From Verrucomicrobiota bacterium (GTDB lineage Bacteria; Verrucomicrobiota; Verrucomicrobiia; Opitutales; Coraliomargaritaceae): a DNA stretch of 64,000 bases. Shown piece after piece: positions 55,401-64,000 of the stretch. The stretch is from contig JBCBZJ010000019.1 of the NCBI GenBank assembly GCA_039815375.1, positions 1 to 64,000 of the forward strand. Direction: 5' to 3'. The notes under the pieces are model-generated. The model searched no databases. It was not told the origin of the DNA and worked only from the letters and a program-made list of their open reading frames with translations. Each line of letters starts with the position of its first letter. Position 1 is the stretch's first letter. Both the position numbers and the translations under genes were made by a program.

Positions 55401-56621
55401 CCGGAAGGATTTCTCAAGATTATCCATCCACACATCACCGTTGCTGTTGAGCCATGTGGGACCTTCCGCTAAAGACATTATGCCCAGCTCATCCAAATCA
55501 TCGAGGAAGTCGGGATCGTGGGGGTAGTGAGAAAGACGCACCCAGTTAACGCCCAGCTCCTTCAGTTGTTCGGCATCTGCACGGTGCAGACTATTGGGCA
55601 CGGCGTTGCCAATGAAGGGCCAGGTTTGATGGCGGTTCGTGCCCAAAAGCTTGGTATGTTTACCGTTGAGGAAGAAACCATTTTGCTTATCCCATTCAAC
55701 CCAGCGAATACCAAGTGTGGTAGCTACTGAGTCCAAAGTCCGGAAGCCCTTTTTGATACTGGTCTCGACCGTATAGAGGTATGGGCTGTCCGGCGACCAC
55801 AACTTAGGTTTGCGAATCGGCTCGGTCATCTGGGTCAATAGCATCCCCTCGCCTTTCGCCAGTTCTACCGTGTCGGTCACGCTGGTGACCAATTTGCCCC
55901 TCGCATCACGCACACGATTAATCACTCTAAATTTTTCGATTTCGTTGCGGTCGTTGCGGATAGCCGTTTCGATTTGCACCACAGCCTGTTCTTCGGACAC
56001 ATTGGGTAGCGTCAGGCGAGTACCAGCCTCCCTCGCCTCCCAAGGGAAAGTCACACGCAAAGGCTCCGTGATAACGAGGTCAACATCCCGATAGAGGCCG
56101 CCGAAGAGAACGAAATCCAGACGGCCGCCATCGGGCGGAATATCACCGTTGACTGTGTTATCGACACGAACGGCGACCAAATTCTTACCCTTTGAAACAT
56201 AATCGGTAATGTCGAAATGGAATGAGTCATAGCCGCTTACTGCGTGTTCACCGACCGGCTTGCCGTTGATCCACAATTTGGTCGTCTGCATGGCACCTTG
56301 AAACACCAAAAAAATCTTCTTTTTAGCCGCTGAACGCGGTATCTCAATTTCGCGGCGATACCAGCCGACTTTGCGACCGAGATTTTCGTAACCAGTCAAA
56401 TCCTCACGCCATATACGGAAAGAGTGAGGCAATGAGGCAACATCCCATGCACTATCGTCATAGTCGACTTGGTGAGCCTCTGCCGAATCAGCAAGTTGAA
56501 AGCGCCAGACTGGATTAATGTTAAGTGTTTCGCGGGCGGCAAAGGACGTCAGCATTGACGCAAGTGCTATCCATAAAAATCCTACAAATCGCACAAGATT
56601 AACCGGATGGGGGTATTTCAT
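52437..56621 (-). CDS. Multidomain GH2-like protein with F5/8-type domain and C-terminal SGNH/GDSL esterase
   Basis: GH2 motifs VGWYRR, GGLYRDV, GTNRHQ, VRLSHYP, RNHPSIIIW; discoidin AFDGN..T.W, LAVDLG; SGNH IGDSIS, NFGLHD, NVHF. Confidence 0.85.
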   Translation of the reverse strand: MKYPHPVNLVRFVGFLWIALASMLTSFAARETLNINPVWRFQLADSAEAHQVDYDDSAWDVASLPHSFRIWREDLTGYENLGRKVGWYRREIEIPRSAAKKKIFLVFQGAMQTTKLWINGKPVGEHAVSGYDSFHFDITDYVSKGKNLVAVRVDNTVNGDIPPDGGRLDFVLFGGLYRDVDLVITEPLRVTFPWEAREAGTRLTLPNVSEEQAVVQIETAIRNDRNEIEKFRVINRVRDARGKLVTSVTDTVELAKGEGMLLTQMTEPIRKPKLWSPDSPYLYTVETSIKKGFRTLDSVATTLGIRWVEWDKQNGFFLNGKHTKLLGTNRHQTWPFIGNAVPNSLHRADAEQLKELGVNWVRLSHYPHDPDFLDDLDELGIMSLAEGPTWLNSNGDVWMDNLEKSFRSMIRRDRNHPSIIIWNACINHGPKEPRLVQAAMEEDPTRARGQDDVRAPMDFHHPKVSGKGALTIEHTGHTFKPARDGGEYGQAKRHWEMTESSYKEPGNYGTAVWSMYDYNTFHPNYAPSANHGICTLLHIPKLSYFWHQSEMGNKPFTYVYPREDGGVTVFSNADEVKFYEIAADGSTRFTKTLKPDVESALLHPPMRTEGNSKAAGYLAEGLVGGEVVSEHRSYHVGEPVALKLSTWRSTITADGSDLSEALVQLVDENGMVVTGSSDEVEFFIEGEGRLVGENPSSLRKGQYRILIGSTFEPGDIKLSVKAKGNSEWTPASIEFETRRPGKSVDMPEAPVPAPTRNAVEECEEVLSANLFYPYSVSSFQRGRIPNKAFDGNPETSWRAGNGSQHQYLAVDLGRVRKLRGATIQWEYDDRIYIHDIEVSNDGENWKSVSKSKDMTGIIEHEFKAEARHIRMRNTGKLPKARACVREFVLHFSDEAAATGWTQVTPVVGAEPGALVESNPIMVGGRELTLPIHVEGCEYKNYASDWSAEPGHIRSGDAVFFRMRAPKTAGGKVTAKIRIGDMETEFTVESKGDSSAALATSQVDLDRKGGKVYKVDFDQQYVEFITQTAYDPKRDEGSVRHKLYWDGATKFVEVNVYKDLEQVQAPRPSIASLYWLDQKSTEALQAGQQFVARFIDIDLDATEPTGLRTDGRLINAEYTPTGKRTASVKFNGRDVPMKGGYRMTAKTFRQTTKDFLKTGLFDARVFGSDQDGKFVLDRLELTTLPDPRETDDPDLPRVLVIGDSISVNYNNAAKDALAGVVNYHRIAGNGGSTVRGVESIDLWLGNYWEKGFHWDAIQFNFGLHDLRQGRDAESGEWKSHGVEIDDYKKNLEIIISMLKETGAELIWCNTTPVPNDGGNTSGRRKDEDLIYNKAALEVVSKYPEITITDVNGAVRNSAVYDEWRKGSNVHFNTPQVQKVLGDTVADGVRLSLNLN

Positions 56622-56648
56622 ATAACAAATAAACAACTACTAACGATT

Positions 56649-56694
56649 AGTTTACCAAATTAAAAACCAGCGGTAAACTCGGTCATTCTACCGA
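56649..56694 (-). promoter_or_regulatory. Palindromic regulator box plus sigma70-like promoter upstream of the GH2-SGNH gene
   Basis: Minus strand: TCGGTAGAATGACCGA, 1 bp, TTTACC, 17 bp, TAAACT preceded by TGn. Confidence 0.7.
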
Positions 56695-56745
56695 TGTTTT
56701 TTACATATTTAATGGGCCGTGAATCGCACACGATCCCTGATTGCC

Positions 56746-59433
56746 TTATTTGATTTCGACAGACTGTCCGGATCTAGTTTGAAATATTTGTACCTCAGCA
56801 CTATTTCCTGTTCTTACAACAAGTGGACCACCTAAAGTTGAATGAGCGACTGCATGAGTCAGCTTACCATCTTTCCATTTCATATCCACCGTGACTCCAC
56901 CTCGAGCACGCAAGCCTCGAACCGAGCCGTCAGGCCAGGCCTTCGGAAGTGCCGGAAGCAAGTGCAACTCAAAAGGTGCCAGTGGACCAACCTTTGCAGC
57001 TTCATGGCGATTATGGCTTTGTAGCAGCATTTCCGCAACGGCAGCTGTAGCACCAAAATTACCATCTATCTGAAAGGGTGGATGTGTATCGAAAAGATTC
57101 GGCAGAATGTTATTCTTCATAAGGCCGCCATATGTCCGGTAGGCATCATCGCCGGCCAAGAGTCGCGCCCAGAGCGCGGCACGCAGAGCACGGCTCCATC
57201 CAGTACTGCCATCACCTCGTGCCTTCAGAGAGACAAGTGCGGCCTCGGCGAGCTTAGGTGCGTTCATCGGCGATATCTGGCGGCCGGGATGCACAGCGAA
57301 GAGATGAGATATATGACGGTGCCGACTCTTCGGACTATCCTGTTTGAGTTCCTCTTCCCATTCCATTAGCTGCCCCCAACTACCGATTTTGGGCCCAAGT
57401 AGGCGATCACGCATATCCGTCAGCTTGGCGCGATAGTCGGCGTCAACATCAAGCGCAATAGAGGCTTCTATAGTATTATTGAACAAGTCCCAGATGATCT
57501 GCTGGTCGTGCGAGACGCCATCGACAACCGGGCCACGCTCAGGTGACCATCCGTCAGGTGCGACCAGTGTGCCATCCGGACGCTCCTTAAGACTGTCCTC
57601 CCACAGGTGGCAAATCACTTTCATATTAGGATAGCCGATCTCCCGCAAATAGTCCTTATCACCGCTAAAGGCGTAATGTTCCCACAGATGCTGCGCATAC
57701 CATGCACTACCGGGTATATTCCAGCGCCAACCATGACCGCCAAAGATGTTGTGCGAAGTGCGCGTTGTCCAGCCACGTGCATTCTTGAACTTCTCATGGG
57801 TGCGAGTTTCCCGCTCGCTGGGCACACGCATTTCGTGAATCATTTTAATGAATGGCTTATGGCATTCGGCAAGATTGGCCGTCTCCGTCATCCAGTAATT
57901 CATTTGGATGTTGATATTGGAGTGATAGTCAGAGTGCCACTTGGGGTTGTTCTTATCATTCCAAAGACCTTGTAGATTCGCTGGAAGCGATCCCGGGCGC
58001 GAGCAGCTCAACATCAGATAACGGCCGTAATTGAACAATAACCGCTCCAATTCCGGATCCTTGCTACCCTGCTTATAGCCCTCAAGGCGCTGGTCTGTTG
58101 GTAACCTGCTTATGTCCGGCGCAGTGCGCCCAAGATCAAGGTCAAGGCGATCATAATAGGATCGGTAGTCAGCCACATGAGCATCAAGCAATGCTGAATA
58201 CGGTTTCTGTGCCGCCGCATCAATTGTCCTGATTAGTTGCTGATGCGGGTGTGCCTGACGCCAGCCCTTGCTGTGCTCATCGAGGTAATCCGTATCTGCA
58301 GCAAGCAGTATTGTCAGGCTATCACAATTGTTGAATACCACTGCCCGGTCACCCTTGGACAGGCTTCCACCTTCATGTAAGACACGCACTTGTGCCTCGT
58401 ATTGCAAGTCGTTCGGTAAGCTGCCCGAAGATTGTATACGGTCTTTTGTAGCAACAATCGAGGCGTCATGCGCATCCAGCAAGCCGATCAAGCCAGTGTA
58501 GCTGCCGGGCTTGTCTGCAGTAAAACGGAAGACCATGACATCATCTGCCGCAGAACTAAAATACTCCCGTTTGTATTGCACTCCACCTTCTCTATAGCTC
58601 GTTGTATGGATAGCCTTCTCAATGTCCAATTCGCGAACATACTGATATTCTGGCAAGATTGGCTCAGCCTTCAGTCCGGCAACAACAGGTACCCCGAGAT
58701 CGATCTCCGATAAGAGGAAGTGTCCGTCACCATTAACTTCATAAAAGTTAATACGGAAAATTTCGAAGCGTTGATTGTTTTCAATCGTGTACTCGCGGCG
58801 CGAACGACGCTTCTCGATCGGATCCTGATCCATCCTTTCGTCCAGCAGAGTCCAATTGACCCCATCATTCGAACCTTCCAGAGTCCATCGACGAGGATCG
58901 CGCGCGGGCACATTTCGCCCGGAGGCGAAATTATATTTTTCGACAACAACCCCCTCTCCCTCCGGATAGCGCATCTGCCAGACAATCGGCCAACGCTTCT
59001 CATGTTTTACCATCCATTCCGTCGTCACATTTCCATCGGATACCAGAGAGACTAGCTGCGAACTGTTACCATGTCCACTTGTGCAACTGCCGCCAACCAG
59101 CGGATACAAACTTCCTTTGTCCCTCGCTTTCGCACCAAAGTGCACATACAAGTCACCAAAAGCCTGAAAGCTGCCCATTGCATTGTAGCCACCACCAGTA
59201 TTTTCAACTCCAGTCCATAAGCTGTCTTCATTGAACTGAATGCGGTCTTTTGATATACCGCCAAAGATCATGGCACCGAGATGTCCATTACCAATAGGCA
59301 GGGCCTCCGATTCCCAATCTCGCGCAGGCTCATCATACCAAAGACGATGGTCACTTGCATCAGCAGCTCCGGCATGCGCCAGCAATACAGTCAAAAGATA
59401 TAAAATACGGCCTGAGGAGTAGATATGCTTCAT
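56746..59433 (-). CDS. Alpha-L-fucosidase, GH95, with inserted discoidin-like domain
   Basis: Motifs [60 protein letters not shown]. Confidence 0.93.
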   Translation of the reverse strand: MKHIYSSGRILYLLTVLLAHAGAADASDHRLWYDEPARDWESEALPIGNGHLGAMIFGGISKDRIQFNEDSLWTGVENTGGGYNAMGSFQAFGDLYVHFGAKARDKGSLYPLVGGSCTSGHGNSSQLVSLVSDGNVTTEWMVKHEKRWPIVWQMRYPEGEGVVVEKYNFASGRNVPARDPRRWTLEGSNDGVNWTLLDERMDQDPIEKRRSRREYTIENNQRFEIFRINFYEVNGDGHFLLSEIDLGVPVVAGLKAEPILPEYQYVRELDIEKAIHTTSYREGGVQYKREYFSSAADDVMVFRFTADKPGSYTGLIGLLDAHDASIVATKDRIQSSGSLPNDLQYEAQVRVLHEGGSLSKGDRAVVFNNCDSLTILLAADTDYLDEHSKGWRQAHPHQQLIRTIDAAAQKPYSALLDAHVADYRSYYDRLDLDLGRTAPDISRLPTDQRLEGYKQGSKDPELERLLFNYGRYLMLSCSRPGSLPANLQGLWNDKNNPKWHSDYHSNINIQMNYWMTETANLAECHKPFIKMIHEMRVPSERETRTHEKFKNARGWTTRTSHNIFGGHGWRWNIPGSAWYAQHLWEHYAFSGDKDYLREIGYPNMKVICHLWEDSLKERPDGTLVAPDGWSPERGPVVDGVSHDQQIIWDLFNNTIEASIALDVDADYRAKLTDMRDRLLGPKIGSWGQLMEWEEELKQDSPKSRHRHISHLFAVHPGRQISPMNAPKLAEAALVSLKARGDGSTGWSRALRAALWARLLAGDDAYRTYGGLMKNNILPNLFDTHPPFQIDGNFGATAAVAEMLLQSHNRHEAAKVGPLAPFELHLLPALPKAWPDGSVRGLRARGGVTVDMKWKDGKLTHAVAHSTLGGPLVVRTGNSAEVQIFQTRSGQSVEIK

Positions 59434-59493
59434 GCAATGGGTATTGAATTTGTGCGAAATAAAACGGTGTATGTTCTCTTAAAGCGATCCGGT

Positions 59494-59516
59494 CGTCAAT
59501 TCGGCCATTTTACCGA
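59494..59516 (-). promoter_or_regulatory. Palindromic regulator box adjacent to -35 element upstream of GH95
   Basis: Minus strand: TCGGTAAAATGGCCGA, 1 bp, TTGACG; the -10 element is weak. Confidence 0.65.
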
Positions 59517-59626
59517 CCCTCCGGTCGATGCGCTCCAGCAACTCGAATCAACACTCGATTTATAAGTAAGCACCATACCAAACATTTTGTTGAATGCCCA
59601 CCCTGGCACTGATTAAAACTTGATGC

Positions 59627-61633
59627 ATGTACCCTAATATCAGTTGCGTAGACGCATGGCTGCTCCGTTTACTCTTCATGGTAGCCTGTATGTTCAATTG
59701 TAGCCATCTCCATGCATTTATTCCCATACAGGACGACTCGAACGCCATACGCTCAGTAATTGCACAAATTGAAGAACAGGTCGGCGTTTTACCCAGCAAG
59801 CAGCTGCAGATCAGCCCATGGACACTGGGTTATCGATCAAATCCGGATATCTCTGCCGATGAGCCCGTCACCTTGGACGTTCTCTTTGACGAAGCAGCCA
59901 TAATCGACCTAGTCGTCCTGTTCCCGGCGCTTTACACGCCGGACGGCTACGATCCTCATAGTTTTGGGTTTCCCGAACACTTTACCATAGAAGGTATTCT
60001 GGCTGACGAAACTAGAGTCCTACTTGTTGACTATAGCAAACAAAGATATCCTAAGCCTGGACTCGGACCTCAGTTATTCGATATCGACGTCGATACTCTC
60101 CTTGCCGGCCTTCGCATTACGTCGTTGCAACACCCGGCAACTCCAAAAGAATGGCGAAAAGGACAAAGAGTCGTTGCTTTTTCCGAACTGATGGCCTTTT
60201 CAGGGCCGCACAACGTCGCGCTGCAGAGAAAGGTCAAAGCATCCACGACACAGAAGTTCGAGTCGCGTTGGCACCACACTTATCTAATAGACGGCTTTTC
60301 CCACTATGCACCTGTTGATGGACAGATGATGGAACCGTATCGCAATGTTCTGCGACGGCTTGGAAACAAGACACTCATACTGGAAATGGACCTGGGCAAA
60401 CCAGTCATTGCCGACGAGCTTAGACTGTGGCCAGCCACTCCGGCAATTGAAGAAATGTATTCAAAAGACATCGGCACTGGCTTTCCTATGCAGGTGAAGG
60501 TGGAGGGTGCCATACGTGCGGATTTTTTCGACGCAGAAACCCTGTATCAATCGCAACGTAACACTCCGCTCCCTGCAGCCGGGCCCAAAATGCTTCGTTT
60601 GCGCAAAGACTTGTACAAACCACTGGAAAAAGTACGCTATCTACGCTTTCACTTGTCCGATGGCTACAGGCCAGGGAATATAGCCAGACCACAGATTGCC
60701 TTGACCGAGATCGAGGTATTTAGTCGTGGTCGCCTGCTCACAGGGGACCTCTTCTTCACCTACAATGTAGACAATAAGCTATACAAAACGAAGGGTCTGA
60801 CTGATGGAACGATCAGTTCTGGAAAAATTGTGCCCCTACGGCAGTGGATCGAGGATTATGAAAAGCGCACGCAACTACAAAAGCAGTTGTCTATGCTGAG
60901 AATCGCACTGGAGGACGCGATTCGCAGCGAACGCCAGCTATTCGCACGCTATATCTCCGTAGCTCTTGTTCTCATCATTCTTCTAGGGCTGACGATCATC
61001 ATAATCCGCTTGCTTGGCGAACGGCGCTGGAAACGTAAACGCGAGCAAATCGCAAGCGACCTACACGATGAGCTTGGGGGAAAGATGAGTAGCGTCGCCC
61101 ACTCTGCAGAGTTACTTCAATTAGGGCTCGGTCAAATAGATGAGGCAAATAAGGAACTACTTGATCATACCGTACGTACAGCAGTATCCGCTGCAGAAGA
61201 GACACGACGCATCGTTCGCCTGCTGGAAGAGCGCGCCTCTGCTACCAGTTTATCGCAGCAGATACGTGAAGCCGCCGATGAGGTGCTCGCTGAGATTCCG
61301 CATACCTGCACACTCGACGGACTCGAAAAAATCAAGCATCTGCAACCAACGCGCCAGTTGGATTTCATCCTCTTTATTCGCGAAGCACTCAATAATGCCT
61401 TGCGACATGCGGACGCGACTCATGTCCTCATTAAAACTCATACCTCCGGCCGACGTATCACGGTCGAAATTGAAGACGATGGTAAGGGTATCCCAAAGAA
61501 CAAAGTCCCACTCCGACACCTCGAAAAACGTGCACGACGAATCCGCGGAAAAATGTATGTACGCACAGCCAAAGAGGCCGGGACGAGAGTTTCCTTATCC
61601 CTGAAACTGAGACCAAGAGTAAGATTACCATGA
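59627..61633 (+). CDS. Sensor histidine kinase (HisKA_3/NarX-type) with periplasmic discoidin-like domains
   Basis: Signal-like N-terminus, two GFP..F/V...G discoidin-like repeats, a TM helix, IASDLHDELG H-box, EALNNALRHA N-box, IEDDGKG G1-box. Confidence 0.9.
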   Translation: MYPNISCVDAWLLRLLFMVACMFNCSHLHAFIPIQDDSNAIRSVIAQIEEQVGVLPSKQLQISPWTLGYRSNPDISADEPVTLDVLFDEAAIIDLVVLFPALYTPDGYDPHSFGFPEHFTIEGILADETRVLLVDYSKQRYPKPGLGPQLFDIDVDTLLAGLRITSLQHPATPKEWRKGQRVVAFSELMAFSGPHNVALQRKVKASTTQKFESRWHHTYLIDGFSHYAPVDGQMMEPYRNVLRRLGNKTLILEMDLGKPVIADELRLWPATPAIEEMYSKDIGTGFPMQVKVEGAIRADFFDAETLYQSQRNTPLPAAGPKMLRLRKDLYKPLEKVRYLRFHLSDGYRPGNIARPQIALTEIEVFSRGRLLTGDLFFTYNVDNKLYKTKGLTDGTISSGKIVPLRQWIEDYEKRTQLQKQLSMLRIALEDAIRSERQLFARYISVALVLIILLGLTIIIIRLLGERRWKRKREQIASDLHDELGGKMSSVAHSAELLQLGLGQIDEANKELLDHTVRTAVSAAEETRRIVRLLEERASATSLSQQIREAADEVLAEIPHTCTLDGLEKIKHLQPTRQLDFILFIREALNNALRHADATHVLIKTHTSGRRITVEIEDDGKGIPKNKVPLRHLEKRARRIRGKMYVRTAKEAGTRVSLSLKLRPRVRLP

Positions 61634-62277
61634 GCGATGACATTCGGATACTAATTGTTGAAGACAACAAACCTTATGCCACCACACTTCAGAAATTATT
61701 GGAGACAGGTGAAAGTATGTCTCACGTCGAGACTTTCTTCGATGGAGAGTCCTGCCTCGCTGCACTTGCAGATCAGGACTATCCAAAGGTAGACATCATC
61801 ATTCTCGATCTGCAACTACCGGGTATCGGCGGACTTGCGATAATACCCCGCCTGAAACAATTGATACCTAATCTGCGCATTCTCGTACTGACTCATAACG
61901 ACGACCACCTTACCACGCTGGAAGCAATACGACTCGGAGCAACCGGTTACGTGCTGAAAACAGCCTCCGTTCAGAGTGTATGGAATGCCATTCATGAGAT
62001 TCACGAAGGTGGATGTGTTATCGACCCAAGTCTCTCTAGCTTTGTCCTAAAAGCCCTCACTTCGACAACCCATCAGAAGCAGGAATTCCTCAGCGAACGT
62101 GAGCAGCAAGTGCTCGAACTACTTGCAGCCGGTTATGTAAAGAAGGAGATAGCAGATCAGTTGAGCATCAGTTATAGTTCTGTCGCAACGCATACCGAAC
62201 GAATCTTCTCAAAGTTAAAGGTCCGCAATATCGCGTCTGCTGTTGCCACAGCTATACGCAAGGGACTCATCGATTAG
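61630..62277 (+). CDS. NarL/FixJ/LuxR-family response regulator
   Basis: REC domain (VED, LDLQLP, GA.GYVLK) plus HTH LSEREQQVL...KEIADQL; ATGA overlap with the kinase. Confidence 0.95.
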   Translation: MSDDIRILIVEDNKPYATTLQKLLETGESMSHVETFFDGESCLAALADQDYPKVDIIILDLQLPGIGGLAIIPRLKQLIPNLRILVLTHNDDHLTTLEAIRLGATGYVLKTASVQSVWNAIHEIHEGGCVIDPSLSSFVLKALTSTTHQKQEFLSEREQQVLELLAAGYVKKEIADQLSISYSSVATHTERIFSKLKVRNIASAVATAIRKGLID

Positions 62278-62685
62278 AGAGTGCAGAATACACTGGGAAA
62301 CTTTAAAAATAACGATATTCAGTCGAAGCTAATAGGCAATCACTTCAAGCGTTCTCCCGTAATTATACTTAGTTTGATTTCTAATAAACTGGATATATAA
62401 ACTTATTAATACGGAGACGTTACAAGGCCATACGTGAAGCCCTTGTCGCTCCATGTATTTCATGGATTAGGATTAACTTCGAATCCGAGTCGGCTTAGCA
62501 AATCAACTTAATTTTTGCATGATTAAGTATAAATACTGATGTTCAACAGTTTACACTATCTTCAGATATCTGAAATACCTCTTTTTTCTTTTATGTTTAC
62601 GGCCGAAACTACAAAGAAAATGCCTTCAAAATAATCTTTTATTGTACGTTACTATAGAACTCCTGCTTGGATTTTAAATTGAGTG

Positions 62686-62732
62686 TCGGTCATATGACCG
62701 AATTGACGAAAAATCACTTCCTATGATATGTT
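62686..62732 (+). promoter_or_regulatory. Perfect 16-bp palindrome plus sigma70-like promoter upstream of the DUF5060 gene
   Basis: TCGGTCATATGACCGA, 1 bp, TTGACG, 18 bp, TATGTT preceded by TGn. Confidence 0.72.
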
Positions 62733-63012
62733 CATTATACCCCATTTATCTATCGTTATAAATAGATTCCAAAATACCTAACAACACAAATTAATCTAGG
62801 TTTCACATACCTGATTCTGATTTTCTCTCTACTTGAAGTTCTGCGGGAACTCTAATTCCCCTAATTGCTGATCGCATACCCTGGTCGTTGCTACCCATTG
62901 GCTAGAGGTGGCCAAATAAAACCTATTCTTAAATACGTTTATTTACTCAAAATGACCGGCACTACCCTTTCCCGATTTTAGGCAGGATTGATATCATAAA
63001 TTCTTATTTATT

Positions 63013-64000
63013 ATGAGCCACATGAAGCCTAACGCTTATTTAATTTCAATACTTATCCTGTTAGCTTCCATAACTCAACCACTCGAAGCTATCCTCTACG
63101 AAGAAACCGACGGCTACGTCGTGCTGGAAGCCGAGAATCCGACCAGCGGGGGTGTAGGCAACCAAAAATGGTTGCTGTTTAATGAACCCATACCGATCGA
63201 CCCTTTTGATCAGAGTCAGGATGACGGCAGTTTTTACCGCAATGACGCCACCCATGGTGGATCCTACATCAAGAGTAATATCAATCGGATTACCCAGATA
63301 GAGGAAGGTAGACTCTCCTACAACTTCACCATCAATACCGAAGGAACGTACCGCTTCGTCATGCGCGGCAACATGGTGGGTGAGGAAGAGGGCCACGATG
63401 CAATCAACGACATCTGGATAAGGCTTGATGGAATCAATGGGACTGACGCGCCTCCCATGGTCGATGAAGACCCGGACAACCCAACTGAATGGGAATACAA
63501 CCAATGGTACAAAGCATACACCCTCAACTGGACACGCAGACAGGCCAATCCATCGGAAGACTTCACCAATATCTGGCATTGGGAAGCCAAACGCGATATC
63601 GACAATACTTTCGATTACTACCTCGCCCCCGGCGACTACAATCTCAGGATCGCACCCCGCGCCAAGGACTTCGCACTCGACCGAATGGTGCTCTATCGGC
63701 TGGCCGAGGACGGCGATGAGCTGACTACCCCCTCCTTTAACTACTTAAACGGCTTGGGCTTTGTGCCGTCCAAAGCTAAGCAGCGCAATCTGGACAAACT
63801 GGGCTACCCTACCGTAAGCGGTGAGTTACAGCAGTGGCACAAGACGACCATCGACATCAAGGGGCCCTATGGGGATGAAGACGGAACGACCAACCCCTTC
63901 ACCGACTATCGGCTCACGGTGACCTTCAATCATCCCGACTCCGGCACCACCATCACCGTTCCTGGCTATTTTGCGGCAGACGGTAATGCAGCCAACACCT
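63013..64000 (+). CDS. Secreted DUF5060-domain protein with N-terminal CBM-like beta-sandwich, 3'-truncated by the window edge
   Basis: Absent from the ORF track because it has no stop in the window; translated by hand: signal peptide, EETDGYVVLEAE...FALDRMVL, then GELQQWHK..GP..NPFTDYRL.V.F.H...VPGYFAADGNAANT. Confidence 0.82.
   Translation, partial: MSHMKPNAYLISILILLASITQPLEAILYEETDGYVVLEAENPTSGGVGNQKWLLFNEPIPIDPFDQSQDDGSFYRNDATHGGSYIKSNINRITQIEEGRLSYNFTINTEGTYRFVMRGNMVGEEEGHDAINDIWIRLDGINGTDAPPMVDEDPDNPTEWEYNQWYKAYTLNWTRRQANPSEDFTNIWHWEAKRDIDNTFDYYLAPGDYNLRIAPRAKDFALDRMVLYRLAEDGDELTTPSFNYLNGLGFVPSKAKQRNLDKLGYPTVSGELQQWHKTTIDIKGPYGDEDGTTNPFTDYRLTVTFNHPDSGTTITVPGYFAADGNAANT

Noticed and set aside
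63061..63724. Short ORFs listed in the track on both strands
   Set aside because: They are shadows of the real + strand DUF5060 frame starting at 63013.

Overview
This is a gene-dense bacterial region devoted almost entirely to glycan degradation. The gene families (giant GspK/PilX-like proteins, a discoidin-domain sensor kinase, many Cys-type sulfatases, DUF1080) suggest Verrucomicrobiota, probably Opitutia or Coraliomargarita-like; this assignment is an inference. Degradative content: 7 sulfatases, GH29 and GH95 fucosidases, three GH2 proteins, a GH71/99-like lipoprotein, a PL14-like lyase, three Gfo/Idh/MocA oxidoreductases, two DUF1080 proteins, and a two-component system. Together these fit a locus for sulfated, fucose-containing polysaccharides. 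Four things stand out. (1) Two paralogous two-gene cassettes each pair a ~1,380-aa GspK/PilX-like pilin-type protein with a small secreted partner; they sit among CAZymes with no other pilus genes and no TonB/SusCD transporter in the window. (2) A 16-bp palindromic box (TCGGTMRWATGRCCRA) lies exactly 1 bp upstream of a -35-like hexamer at four promoters and is a likely binding site for the local NarL-type regulator. (3) A DoxX / Tat-oxidoreductase / discoidin lipoprotein / GT2 / GT-C / ApbE cluster has no known function. (4) A GH2-SGNH fusion has His in place of the acid/base Glu. I saw no rRNA, tRNA, CRISPR array or transposase. All family calls come from motif recognition, not database searches.
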